Below, piece by piece: positions 18,083 to 26,824 of a stretch of DNA of 64,000 nucleotides (its first letter is position 1; each line of letters begins with the position of its first letter). Source of the DNA: Chthoniobacteraceae bacterium. Its GTDB lineage: Bacteria; Verrucomicrobiota; Verrucomicrobiia; Chthoniobacterales; Chthoniobacteraceae. Under the pieces are notes generated by a model. It ran no database searches, was not told the origin of the DNA, and was given only the letters and a program-made list of their open reading frames with translations. The stretch is from the NCBI GenBank assembly GCA_044347165.1, contig JBIIXW010000268.1, positions 15,965 through 79,964 of the forward strand, written 5' to 3'. A program made the position numbers and the translations under genes.

Positions 18083-18659
18083 CGCCGCACCGGACGCCGA
18101 CACGGTCGCGATGCTGCGGCTGCGCGACGGCGATGACCTCGCCTTGAACGAACTGATGATGCGCTGGCAGCAGCCGCTCGCGGGCTACCTGTATCGTTAT
18201 ACTTTGAGCGAAGCCGATGCGCTCGACCTCGCGCAGGACACCTTTGTCCGCGTCTATGAGCACCGGAAGAAATACGACGCGCGCGGGAAGTTTTCGACCT
18301 GGCTCTACACGATCGCGACGAACCTCTGCCGCAATCACGCGCGCTGGAAATCGCGGCACCCGACCGTCTCGATGGAAACCGAACTTTCCACCAACTCCGA
18401 CACCACACTGGGCGAACAGCTTCCCGATGGCAAAGCGACGCCTGCGCAGTGCGCACAGACGGACGAACTCGCTGGCGCGGTGCGCGACGCGATCCAGACG
18501 CTCCCCGATGACCAGCGCACAGCCACGCTGCTCTACGAGTATGAAGATGCCGCCTATACAGACATCGCCACGGTGCTCGGCTGCTCGGTCAAGGCGGTGG
18601 AGAACAAACTGTATCGCGCCCGCCAGTCGCTGCGGGAGAAACTCGCCCGCTGGCTCTGA
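18075..18659 (+). CDS. ECF (sigma-70 family group 4) RNA polymerase sigma factor
   Basis: 194 aa. Region 2 reads 'DALDLAQDTFVRVYEHRKKYDARGKFSTWLYTIATNLCRNH'. Region 4 reads 'YEDAAYTDIATVLGCSVKAVENKLYRARQSL'. Confidence 0.85.
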   Translation: MSDAAPDADTVAMLRLRDGDDLALNELMMRWQQPLAGYLYRYTLSEADALDLAQDTFVRVYEHRKKYDARGKFSTWLYTIATNLCRNHARWKSRHPTVSMETELSTNSDTTLGEQLPDGKATPAQCAQTDELAGAVRDAIQTLPDDQRTATLLYEYEDAAYTDIATVLGCSVKAVENKLYRARQSLREKLARWL

Positions 18660-18687
18660 TTCATGCAGTCGATCCGTACTCCCCTGC

Positions 18688-18713
18688 GAACTTCGTCATT
18701 GATCTAGCTCAAA
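18688..18713 (+). promoter_or_regulatory. Candidate ECF-type promoter GAACTT-N15-TCAAA downstream of the sigma gene and upstream of the 18728 operon
   Basis: GAACTT lies at 18688-18693 and TCAAA at 18709-18713. It resembles the RpoE-type GGAACTT-N16-TCAAA consensus. A related motif is found at 2519-2546. Confidence 0.25.
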
Positions 18714-18727
18714 CTCTCCGCTATCTC

Positions 18728-19159
18728 TTGCCTGTCGTGAAAGCATTCCGCGCACCTTCAATCAGCCGCCTCTTCGTGGTCGCGGCGATGTTGCTGTCGT
18801 GGTTTGTCATCACCAATCACTGCGCGCTGGCCCGGCTCCAACAGCGCGTGGCGGACGAAGAGGAAGTGCCGCCGTGCCATCGGAAGAAGCACGCGCCGGA
18901 GAAGCAGCAAGCGCCGTGTCAGGACATGGCGCAGTGCTGCAAGGCGGTAAAGGCGTCGCTCACCGGCAAGGCCGAGGCGAAGTTCGACGCCTCGAAGTTT
19001 CAGCTTCAACTTTTTGCCATCGTCCAGGTTCTCGCGGTGCAGCTCGTGCAGCCCGAGCGCCCCGCAGTTTTCGATCACGGACCTCCTCGAGCGATCTCCT
19101 TCGCGGAAGCAGTCCTCCAGCGTAGCCTCCTCAGCCACGCTCCTCCCCGCGCGGCTTAA
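18728..19159 (+). CDS. Uncharacterised Cys/His-rich membrane protein preceding RND operon 2
   Basis: TTG18728 or GTG18737 start. TM segment 'LFVVAAMLLSWFVI', Cys cluster 'NHCALA...PPCHRKKH...APCQDMAQCCKAV', second hydrophobic stretch 'LQLFAIVQVLAVQLV', and tail 'SLLSHAPP'. Confidence 0.5.
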   Translation: MPVVKAFRAPSISRLFVVAAMLLSWFVITNHCALARLQQRVADEEEVPPCHRKKHAPEKQQAPCQDMAQCCKAVKASLTGKAEAKFDASKFQLQLFAIVQVLAVQLVQPERPAVFDHGPPRAISFAEAVLQRSLLSHAPPRAA

Positions 19160-19323
19160 CGACGCGCCGCCCGCGCTCGCGGGTCTTCGTGCCGTCGTTT
19201 TCTGACCTCTCCAGGTCGCGCCTTCGCGTGCCCTGAACCTTCCCGGCTTCGCGCTGCCTGCGTGCATTCGCCGGTCCACTCCGCAGGCATTCCAAAAAAG
19301 ACAAAACGAACAGATCACATCAC

Positions 19324-19590
19324 ATGAAATCCTTCACACTCAGTCTCCTCACCGTCGCAGCCATGCTCGGCAGCGTCGTCACCGCCAGCGCCGATAGCGG
19401 CGTGCCTAAGGACTACCCTCTCAAGAAATGCGTCGTCTCCGACGAAGCACTCGGCGAGCACGGCAAGCCCGTGAAAGTCACCCACGAAGGCACCGACGTG
19501 TGGCTCTGTTGCAAGAGCTGCATCAAGGACTTCAAGAAGGAGCCCGCGAAGTTCACCAAGATGGTGAAGGACGCGCCCCCGAAAAAGTAG
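19324..19590 (+). CDS. Secreted single-domain TRASH/YHS-like putative metal-binding protein
   Basis: 88 aa with a signal peptide, then 'CVVSDEALGEHGKPVKVTHEGTDVWLCCKSCIKDFKKEPAKF'. The same motif occurs twice at the C-terminus of the next adaptor gene. Confidence 0.65.
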   Translation: MKSFTLSLLTVAAMLGSVVTASADSGVPKDYPLKKCVVSDEALGEHGKPVKVTHEGTDVWLCCKSCIKDFKKEPAKFTKMVKDAPPKK

Positions 19591-19592
19591 CC

Positions 19593-19656
19593 GCGCACTG
19601 CGCGCCGCGCCGTCCGGACCAGCGCCGGGCGGCACGTGCGCGCTCACCTTTTTTCC
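19593..19656 (+). terminator. GC-rich hairpin followed by a T6 run
   Basis: gcgcactgc...gcacgtgcgc outer stem with one bulge, followed by tcaccttttttcc. Confidence 0.4.
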
Positions 19657-19709
19657 ACCGCGCGGCGGCTTCGCATCGAACGCACCGCGTCATCCGTCAC
19701 TTCGATTTT

Positions 19710-21308
19710 ATGAAACGCCTTCTCCTTCTTCTGCTCATCGCCGCCGCTGCTGCGGGCGGCTGGTGGTTCGGCCGGCAGAGCCATCGGCACGGTGTTGCCG
19801 CCGCAGCCAGTGGCGAACGCCAGCCGCTCTTTTACCAGAGCCCCATGCACCCGTGGATCAAGAGCGACAAGCCGGGCAAATGCACCATCTGTGGCATGGA
19901 CCTGTCGCCGGTCTATGAAGGGTCGCAGTCCTTCGACGCGGCGGCGAAAGACGTGGTGATCCTGCCCACTGGCAGCCCGCGCGTGGCAGGCATCGCCACT
20001 GCGCCCGCGGAGAAAGCGCCGCTCGTTCGCACGCTGCGCGTCGCGGGCATGGTCGATGACGATGCGACGCGGCACCGCTATCTCGCGGCGACGATCAAGG
20101 GCCGCGTGGACAAGCTCTACGTGAACTACGTCGGCGCGGAGGTCGAGGAAGGCGAACCGCTCGCGGAGTTTTTCAGCCGCGAATTGCTCGCTGCGATTTC
20201 CGAATACAACCATGCCGGCGGCGAAGGTGGCTTGCGCCAGGCGGCGATTTTGAAGCTCCGGCAAATGGGGCTGACGGAGAAGCAAATCGCCGGACTGCCC
20301 AAGCGCGACCCGAAGAGCCTCACCGTGCAAATCCTCGCGCCCGTCAGCGGCACGGTCGTCGCGCAGGAGGTGTTTGAGGGCAAGTGGGTCGAGGAAGGCG
20401 AGAAGATGCTGGAGATCGCGGACTTTCGGAAAATGTGGTTCAAGTTCGACGCCTACGAGCGTGACCTGCCGTGGCTGAAACTCGGGCAGGAAGTCGAGAT
20501 TCGCACGCCGTCGCATCCGGGCCGCGTCTTCAAAGCGCCGATCACCTTCATCGACCCGAACCTCGATGAAATCACCCGCACCGCGAAGGTCCGCGTGGAT
20601 CTCGACAACCCGCTCGTCGAGGAAAACGGACGGATGAGCCGCACTTTTCTGCACCGGCTTTTCGCCGAGGGCAGCGTGCAGCTCACCACGCCGGAGACGC
20701 TCGTCGTGCCGCGCGCCGCGGTGCTCTGGCCGGGTGGACAGCCGCGCGTCTTTGTGGATGAAGGCGAAGGCGCGTTCCGCCTGCGGCGCGTGGCGCTCGG
20801 GCGCGAAGGCGATGCGCATCTCGAAATCACGAGCGGCCTCGCTGCGGGCGATAAAGTGGTCGTGCGCGGCGGCGTGCTGCTCGATGGCCAGGCGCAGCTT
20901 CTCAACAACTACGAAGACGCACCCGCTCCCGCCGAGCCAGCGACCGTGGCCGCCGACACTTGCCCCGTGTCCGGCGAAAAGCTCGGCACGATGGGCAAGC
21001 CCTTCGTCCTCACCTACGAAGGCGGCGACATTCAGCTCTGCTGCAAGGCGTGTAAGAAGGACTTCGAGGCCGAGCCCGCAAAGTATCTCGCGAAGCTCAA
21101 GAAGCATGAGCCAGCACCGGCGCCGCCAAAGGAAGCCGCCAAGCCGGGCGCGAGCGTGTGCCCCGTTTCCGGCGAGGCGCTGGGCTCGATGGGCAAGCCG
21201 TTCGTGTTCAGCCACGCGGGCCGCGAGGTCCAGCTCTGCTGCAAAGCCTGCAAATCCGACTTCGAGGCGGAGCCCGCGAAGTATCTCCCGAAGCTCAGCA
21301 AATCCTGA
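19710..21308 (+). CDS. RND efflux adaptor (CusB-like) with an N-terminal heavy-metal-binding domain and two C-terminal TRASH/YHS-like repeats
   Basis: 532 aa from ATG19710 (MKRLLLLLLIAAAAAGGWWF). HMBD: 'YQSPMHPWIKSDKPGKCTICGMDL'. C-terminal repeats: 'CPVSGEKLGTMGKPFVLTYEGGDIQLCCKACKKDFEAEPAKY' and 'CPVSGEALGSMGKPFVFSHAGREVQLCCKACKSDFEAEPAKY'. Confidence 0.85.
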   Translation: MKRLLLLLLIAAAAAGGWWFGRQSHRHGVAAAASGERQPLFYQSPMHPWIKSDKPGKCTICGMDLSPVYEGSQSFDAAAKDVVILPTGSPRVAGIATAPAEKAPLVRTLRVAGMVDDDATRHRYLAATIKGRVDKLYVNYVGAEVEEGEPLAEFFSRELLAAISEYNHAGGEGGLRQAAILKLRQMGLTEKQIAGLPKRDPKSLTVQILAPVSGTVVAQEVFEGKWVEEGEKMLEIADFRKMWFKFDAYERDLPWLKLGQEVEIRTPSHPGRVFKAPITFIDPNLDEITRTAKVRVDLDNPLVEENGRMSRTFLHRLFAEGSVQLTTPETLVVPRAAVLWPGGQPRVFVDEGEGAFRLRRVALGREGDAHLEITSGLAAGDKVVVRGGVLLDGQAQLLNNYEDAPAPAEPATVAADTCPVSGEKLGTMGKPFVLTYEGGDIQLCCKACKKDFEAEPAKYLAKLKKHEPAPAPPKEAAKPGASVCPVSGEALGSMGKPFVFSHAGREVQLCCKACKSDFEAEPAKYLPKLSKS

Positions 21309-21314
21309 CGCGCC

Positions 21315-24300
21315 ATGATCAATCGCTTCATCGACTGGTCGCTGCGGAATCGCTTTCTCGTCGCGTGCTTCACGCTCGTGCTCGTCGGCCTCGGCGTGCG
21401 CGCGCTGTTGCGCACGCCGGTCGATGCCATCCCCGACCTCACGGAAAATCAGGTCATCGTCTTCGCTGACTGGATGGGCCGGTCGCCGCAGGAGGTCGAG
21501 GATCAGGTCACGTATCCGCTCACCGTGAACCTTCAGGGTCTCGCGGGCGTGAAGACCGTGCGCGCCACGAGCATGTTCGGCTTCTCTCTCATCACGGTCA
21601 TTTTCAAGGATCAGGTCGATCCCTACTTCGCGCGGCAGCGTGTGCTGGAGCGGCTGAATTATCTCGGCGGCACGCTGCCCGACGGCGTGGTGCCGAAGCT
21701 CGGGCCTGACGCGACCGGACTCGGCTGGGTGTATCAATACTACCTCGCCGTCGATCCCGCGAAGGCACCGCAGGGCGGCTACGACCTCGCCTATCTGCGC
21801 GGCGTGCAGGATTGGTTCATCCGCTACCAGCTCAACTCCGTGCCCGGCGTCGCGGAAGTCGGGAGCGTCGGTGGCTTCGTGAAGCAGTATCAGGTCGAAG
21901 TTTCCTCCGCAAAACTGCGCGACCGCGGCATCCCACTGACAACGGTCATGGACGCGCTACGCAAGGCGAACCTCAACATCGGCGGCAAGACCGTGGAGGA
22001 AAACGGCATGGAGTTCGTGGTGCGCGGCCTCGGCCTGGTGAAAGAAACTGCCGACCTCGAAGACATCGTGCTCATGCGGCAGAACGGCACTCCCGTCTAT
22101 CTGCGTGACGTGGCGCGGATCGAAATCGGCGGCGACTTCCGCCGCGGCGCGCTCGACGTGAACGGCCGCGAAGTCGTGGGCGGCACCGTGGTCATGCGCT
22201 CCGGCGAAAACGCCCGCGCCGTCATCGAGGACGTGAAGGCGAAAATCGCGCAGCTTTCGCCGACGCTCCCCGCGGGCATCACGATCAAGCCCTTCTATGA
22301 CCGCAGCGAGCTGATCGACCGCACCATCGGCACGCTCAAGCACGCGCTCACCGAGGAAGTCATCCTGGTCACGCTCGCGCACATCATTTTCCTCTTCCAC
22401 TTCCGCAGCATTCTCATCGTCACGTTCCCGCTGCCGGCGAGCATCCTCATCTCGTTCCTGCTCATGAACGTCTTCGGCATCACGTCGAACATCATGAGCC
22501 TTTCGGGCCTCATCATCGCCATCGGCGTGCTCGTCGATGCGGGCATCGTCATCACGGAAAATGTGATCCGCCATTGCGAGACCGAAGAACACCGATTGAA
22601 GCGGCGGCTCACGCGCGAGGAGACGATGGCCTGCACGCTCGCCGCGTCGCGGCAGGTCGGTCGGCCCATCTTCTTCGCGATGGCGATCATCCTTCTCTCG
22701 TTCCTCCCGGTCTTCGCGTTGCAAGGGCAGGACGGGAAACTTTTCCACCCGCTCGCGTTCACGAAAACCTTCGCGCTCATCGGCTCGACCGTGCTCGCGG
22801 TTAGCGCCGTGCCGGTGCTGTGCAGCTTCCTCATTCGTGGGCCATTCCACGGCGAGGATCGGAATTGGGTGATGCGCTTCCTCATGCGCATTTACGAACC
22901 AGCGCTCGATTGGGCGCTGAATCATCGCAAGACCGTGCTGGCTCTCGCGGCGTGTCTGCTCGCGCTTTCGCAGGTCATGTTTTGGGGCCTGCCGAAAGGC
23001 ATCGTCGCGCGGCTCGATGGCGTGCCGGCGTTGCAAAAGCTCGTCGCCGGCATCGGCAGCGAGCACATGCCGAAGCTCAACGAAGGCAGCCTGCTTTTCA
23101 TGCCGGTGCTCTCGCCCGCGACCTCGCTCGGCGAGATCAATCGCGTGATGGCGTGGCAGGATGAAATCTTCGCCAGCTTTCCCGAAGTGGAAATCGCCGC
23201 GGGCAAACTCGGCCGCGCCGAAACGGCGACCGATCCCGCGCCGGTCGAGATGATCGAGACCACGATCACGCTCAAGCCGAAGAAGGATTGGCGGCCCGGC
23301 ATGACGCTCGAAAAGCTGAAGGACGAGATGGCGCAAAAGCTCATGCAGGTGCCCGGCTTCGTGCCCGGCGGATTTCTCCAGCCGATCGAGAACCGCATCC
23401 TGATGATCTCCACCGGCATCCGCGCGCAGCTCGGCGTGAAGATTCTCGGCGACAACCTGGAGGCGCTGCAAAAGAAGGCGTTCGAGGTCGAGCGGCTCGT
23501 CCGCACTGTGCCCGGTGCGAATGGCGTCGCCGTCTCCCGCGTCGTCGGCAAGCCCTACGTCGAGATCATTCCCGACCGGAAAACCATCGCCCGCTACGGC
23601 CTCGCGATGGAAGACGTGTTGCGCGTGGCGGAAGTTGGTCTCGGCGGCGTGCCCGTGACGACCGTGATCGAAGGCCGCGAGCGTTACGCGATCCAGCTCC
23701 GGCTCGAACGCGGCGAACGCGACGACCTCACGCGCATCGGCGAACTGCTCATCCCGCTGCCGCTCGATGGCGCGATGTCGCCCGCCGCGGCGGCACCCGC
23801 CGGAGGGGCGATGAGCGGCGGCATGGGCGGTAGCGCGCAAGGCGGCGGCAGCATGGCCGCGGCGACACGAGCCGCGGGCGCGGTGCCGCTCGCACAGCTC
23901 GCGGAGATTCGCCGCGTCACCGGCCCGAACGAAATCGCGAGCGAGAACGGACGGCTGCGCGTCTTCGTGCAATCGAACGTGCAGGGCCGCGACCTCGGCA
24001 GTTTCGTCGAGGAAGTGAAGGAGCGCGTGGCGAACGAGATCATGCCGCACCTCGCGCCCGGCATGACCGTGGAATACTCCGGCGAGTTCGAGAACCAGAT
24101 CGCTTTCATGCGCACGATGACCCTGGTCGTGCCGACGGCGCTCTTCGTCATCTTCGTGCTGCTCTACGTCGTCTATGGCTCCGCGAAGGAAGCCGCGCAC
24201 GTCATCCTCGCCGTGCCGTTCGCGCTCAGCGGCAGCGTCTTTTTGCAATACGCCCTCGGCTTCCCGTTCACCGCCGCGGTCGGCGTCGGCTACATCGCGC

Positions 24301-24704
24301 TCTTCGGCACGGCGATCCAGACCGGCGTGGTGATGGTCGTCTATCTCGAGGAAATGCTGCACAAGCGGCAGCAAGAACGCGGCGCGGATTTCAACTACGA
24401 CGACCTCATCCAAGCCGTGAAGGACGGCGCAAAGCTGCGCCTGCGCCCGAAGGTGATGACCGTCGCCACCACGCTCGCGAGCCTGCTGCCGGTCTTTTGG
24501 ATGGAGCGCACCGGCTCGGAAGTCATGCAGCCGCTCGCCACGCCCGTCGTCGGCGGCGCGGTCAGCAGCCTCATCCACATCCTCATCGTCACGCCGGTCA
24601 TCTTCGTCTGGCTGCGTTCGCGCGAGATGGAGAAAACGCGCCGCACCTCGCCGGGCCCGAAGCCGCCTCAATCCACACCCGAACCCGAACCCGCCCTCGC
24701 CTGA
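21315..24704 (+). CDS. CusA/CzcA-family heavy-metal efflux RND transporter (system 2)
   Basis: 1129 aa, starting 'MINRFIDWSLRNRFLV'. The TM4 region reads 'AIGVLVDAGIVITEN'. Contains a Met/Gly/Ala-rich insert 'AMSPAAAAPAGGAMSGGMGGSAQGGGSMAAA'. Confidence 0.9.
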   Translation: MINRFIDWSLRNRFLVACFTLVLVGLGVRALLRTPVDAIPDLTENQVIVFADWMGRSPQEVEDQVTYPLTVNLQGLAGVKTVRATSMFGFSLITVIFKDQVDPYFARQRVLERLNYLGGTLPDGVVPKLGPDATGLGWVYQYYLAVDPAKAPQGGYDLAYLRGVQDWFIRYQLNSVPGVAEVGSVGGFVKQYQVEVSSAKLRDRGIPLTTVMDALRKANLNIGGKTVEENGMEFVVRGLGLVKETADLEDIVLMRQNGTPVYLRDVARIEIGGDFRRGALDVNGREVVGGTVVMRSGENARAVIEDVKAKIAQLSPTLPAGITIKPFYDRSELIDRTIGTLKHALTEEVILVTLAHIIFLFHFRSILIVTFPLPASILISFLLMNVFGITSNIMSLSGLIIAIGVLVDAGIVITENVIRHCETEEHRLKRRLTREETMACTLAASRQVGRPIFFAMAIILLSFLPVFALQGQDGKLFHPLAFTKTFALIGSTVLAVSAVPVLCSFLIRGPFHGEDRNWVMRFLMRIYEPALDWALNHRKTVLALAACLLALSQVMFWGLPKGIVARLDGVPALQKLVAGIGSEHMPKLNEGSLLFMPVLSPATSLGEINRVMAWQDEIFASFPEVEIAAGKLGRAETATDPAPVEMIETTITLKPKKDWRPGMTLEKLKDEMAQKLMQVPGFVPGGFLQPIENRILMISTGIRAQLGVKILGDNLEALQKKAFEVERLVRTVPGANGVAVSRVVGKPYVEIIPDRKTIARYGLAMEDVLRVAEVGLGGVPVTTVIEGRERYAIQLRLERGERDDLTRIGELLIPLPLDGAMSPAAAAPAGGAMSGGMGGSAQGGGSMAAATRAAGAVPLAQLAEIRRVTGPNEIASENGRLRVFVQSNVQGRDLGSFVEEVKERVANEIMPHLAPGMTVEYSGEFENQIAFMRTMTLVVPTALFVIFVLLYVVYGSAKEAAHVILAVPFALSGSVFLQYALGFPFTAAVGVGYIALFGTAIQTGVVMVVYLEEMLHKRQQERGADFNYDDLIQAVKDGAKLRLRPKVMTVATTLASLLPVFWMERTGSEVMQPLATPVVGGAVSSLIHILIVTPVIFVWLRSREMEKTRRTSPGPKPPQSTPEPEPALA

Positions 24705-24709
24705 CACCC

Positions 24710-26014
24710 ATGCGCCACCACGTTCTCATTTTTACCCTGCTCGCCATCGCGACCGTCGCGCAGGGCGAAGACTTCACGCCGGAGAGCGCCGCCGCCTTCG
24801 CGCTGCGCCACAATAAAGACCTCATCGCCGCGCGGCATCTCATCGCCGAAGCCGAGGGCCGGCTGGTTCAGGCCGGGCTGTGGAGCAATCCCGAGTTCGA
24901 CTTCCGCGCGGAGTTCGACTCGCGCCGCAGCGAAGGCGACCGGCTTTACGAAGGCGGCTTCATGCAGCGCTTCCCGTGGTCGGGCCGGCTCGCGAAAGCG
25001 CGCACAGTCGCCCGCGTGGACGTGGCGATGGCGGTCGAAGAACTGCGCGACAAGGAGCGGATGCTCGCGGGTGACGTGCTCGGCAAAGCGCGCGCGCTGC
25101 TCGTGATCGAGCGCAAGCTGCGCATCAACGATGACAATCGCGAACTGCTCGACCGCATCTTCAAGCAAACGAGCGCGCTCACCGCGACCGGCAAGGCGAG
25201 CGCCGCCGAAGCGCGTGTCATTGAACTGGAGCAGACCACGCTCGCACTCGCGCGCGAAGCTCTCGTCGTCGAACGCCGGGCGAAGTTGGCGGAACTCAAC
25301 GGCGTGCTCGGCCGAGCACCGGCGGACACGCTGAGCCTCGGCGGCACGCTGCCCTCCAACCCGGACGACGCCACATTGCGCGCCGCCGCGGCGCAGGCCG
25401 TGAGCGAGCGTCCCGACCGGCGGCTCGCCGCGCTGCAAATCGACAAGGCGCAAGCCGAGCAGCGGCTCGCGAAGGCCGAGCGCTGGGAAGACATCGGCAT
25501 CGGTGCGGCAATCACCCGCGAACGCGAGGAAGGAATGTATGACACGATGGTCGGCATCGGCGTCTCCATTCCGCTGCCGTTGTGGAATCGCAACCAGGGC
25601 CGCATCGCCGAGACGCAAGCCTCGCAGCAGCGCGCCGCCGCGAACGTCGAGGCGCTCGACCTCACCATTGCCACGCAAGTCCGCGAAGCGCAGGCGCGCG
25701 TGACCGGACTCGCGGGCGTGCTCGCGCGCACGCGCGGACCGGCACTCGATCTCGCGCGGCAGAATACGAAGCTGCTCGAAGAAACCTACGCGAGCGGCAC
25801 CGCGTCGTTCCTCACCGTCTTCGAGAGCCGCAAGCAGCGCCTCGCGATCGAGCAGGCCGCTGTGGACACCGAGGAGCAGCTCGCCGCCGCCATCACCGAT
25901 TGGGAAATGCGCGCCGCGCACTTCCCCCCCGCCGTCCGAGCCGCCCTCGCTTCCGAGGGCCGCCGCGCGCCGAAAGCATCCGCTGCCAAGGCTACCAAAC
26001 GCCCATCCCGCTGA
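24710..26014 (+). CDS. TolC-family outer-membrane efflux protein (system 2)
   Basis: 434 aa from ATG24710 (MRHHVLIFTLLAIATVAQG). OEP repeats 'HNKDLIAARHLIAEAEG' and 'PDRRLAALQIDKAQAE'. Confidence 0.8.
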   Translation: MRHHVLIFTLLAIATVAQGEDFTPESAAAFALRHNKDLIAARHLIAEAEGRLVQAGLWSNPEFDFRAEFDSRRSEGDRLYEGGFMQRFPWSGRLAKARTVARVDVAMAVEELRDKERMLAGDVLGKARALLVIERKLRINDDNRELLDRIFKQTSALTATGKASAAEARVIELEQTTLALAREALVVERRAKLAELNGVLGRAPADTLSLGGTLPSNPDDATLRAAAAQAVSERPDRRLAALQIDKAQAEQRLAKAERWEDIGIGAAITREREEGMYDTMVGIGVSIPLPLWNRNQGRIAETQASQQRAAANVEALDLTIATQVREAQARVTGLAGVLARTRGPALDLARQNTKLLEETYASGTASFLTVFESRKQRLAIEQAAVDTEEQLAAAITDWEMRAAHFPPAVRAALASEGRRAPKASAAKATKRPSR

Positions 26015-26019
26015 CCGCC

Positions 26020-26823
26020 ATGAATCCACTGCTCGCCCACGCCGGAGATGCGCACTTCTTCTCGATGGAGCACGTCCATGTGATGCTCAATCACCTTCCC
26101 ATCATCGGCCTGGCGATGGCCATCCTCGCGCTGGCGCTGGCGCTCATGCACCACAGCCGCAAGGCGGAAATCGTGGCGCTCATTCTCGTGTTCGTCGCCG
26201 CCGCGAGCGCGTGGCCGGTGAACCTCACCGGAGAGCGGGCTTACAAAACCGTTCGGACTTTGACGGACGAAGACGGCGCCGTCTGGCTCGACGCGCACAT
26301 GGACCGCGCGGAGAAAGCCGCGCCGGCCTTTTACGTTCTCGCGCTGCTGGCCGCAGCCGCGCTCGTCGTCCCGCACAAGTGGCCGCGGACGACGCGACCG
26401 ATCGCCATCGCGACGCTCGTGCTCGCCGGCGCTTGCGCCGGTGCGGGCGGCTGGATCGCGCTGGCGGGCGGGGCGATCCGGCACCCGGAATTTCGCACCG
26501 GCCCACCGCCGACGGACGAGCAGGCCGCGCATCAGCACGGTGAGGAGAAGGATCATCACGGCGCGGAGAAGCCGGCCGCACAACCGCCGCCAGCACCGGA
26601 GCAAACATCCACGCAGCCTGCCGACCCGACGCGTGCGCAGGTAGAAGCGAGCCGGATGCAGCTCGAAGCCAGCCGCGCCCAACTCGAAGCGAGTCGCAAA
26701 CTGCTCGAAGCCACACCCGCTTCACCGGCGCAACCCGCCGCCGCAGGCGCAACGCCGCCGCCGCAAAAGCCGGGCACATCACCCGCGCCGAAAACCGCCG
26801 ACGGCCACCAGCACAAGCATTGA
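26020..26823 (+). CDS. Four-TM membrane protein with His-rich termini and a C-terminal Pro/Ala-rich, heptad-repeat tail
   Basis: 267 aa from ATG26020. 'HFFSMEHVHVMLNHLPIIGL' followed by four hydrophobic segments. The tail reads 'AAHQHGEEKDHHG...QVEASRMQLEASRAQLEASRKLLEA...DGHQHKH'. Confidence 0.55.
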   Translation: MNPLLAHAGDAHFFSMEHVHVMLNHLPIIGLAMAILALALALMHHSRKAEIVALILVFVAAASAWPVNLTGERAYKTVRTLTDEDGAVWLDAHMDRAEKAAPAFYVLALLAAAALVVPHKWPRTTRPIAIATLVLAGACAGAGGWIALAGGAIRHPEFRTGPPPTDEQAAHQHGEEKDHHGAEKPAAQPPPAPEQTSTQPADPTRAQVEASRMQLEASRAQLEASRKLLEATPASPAQPAAAGATPPPQKPGTSPAPKTADGHQHKH

Positions 26824-26824
26824 G

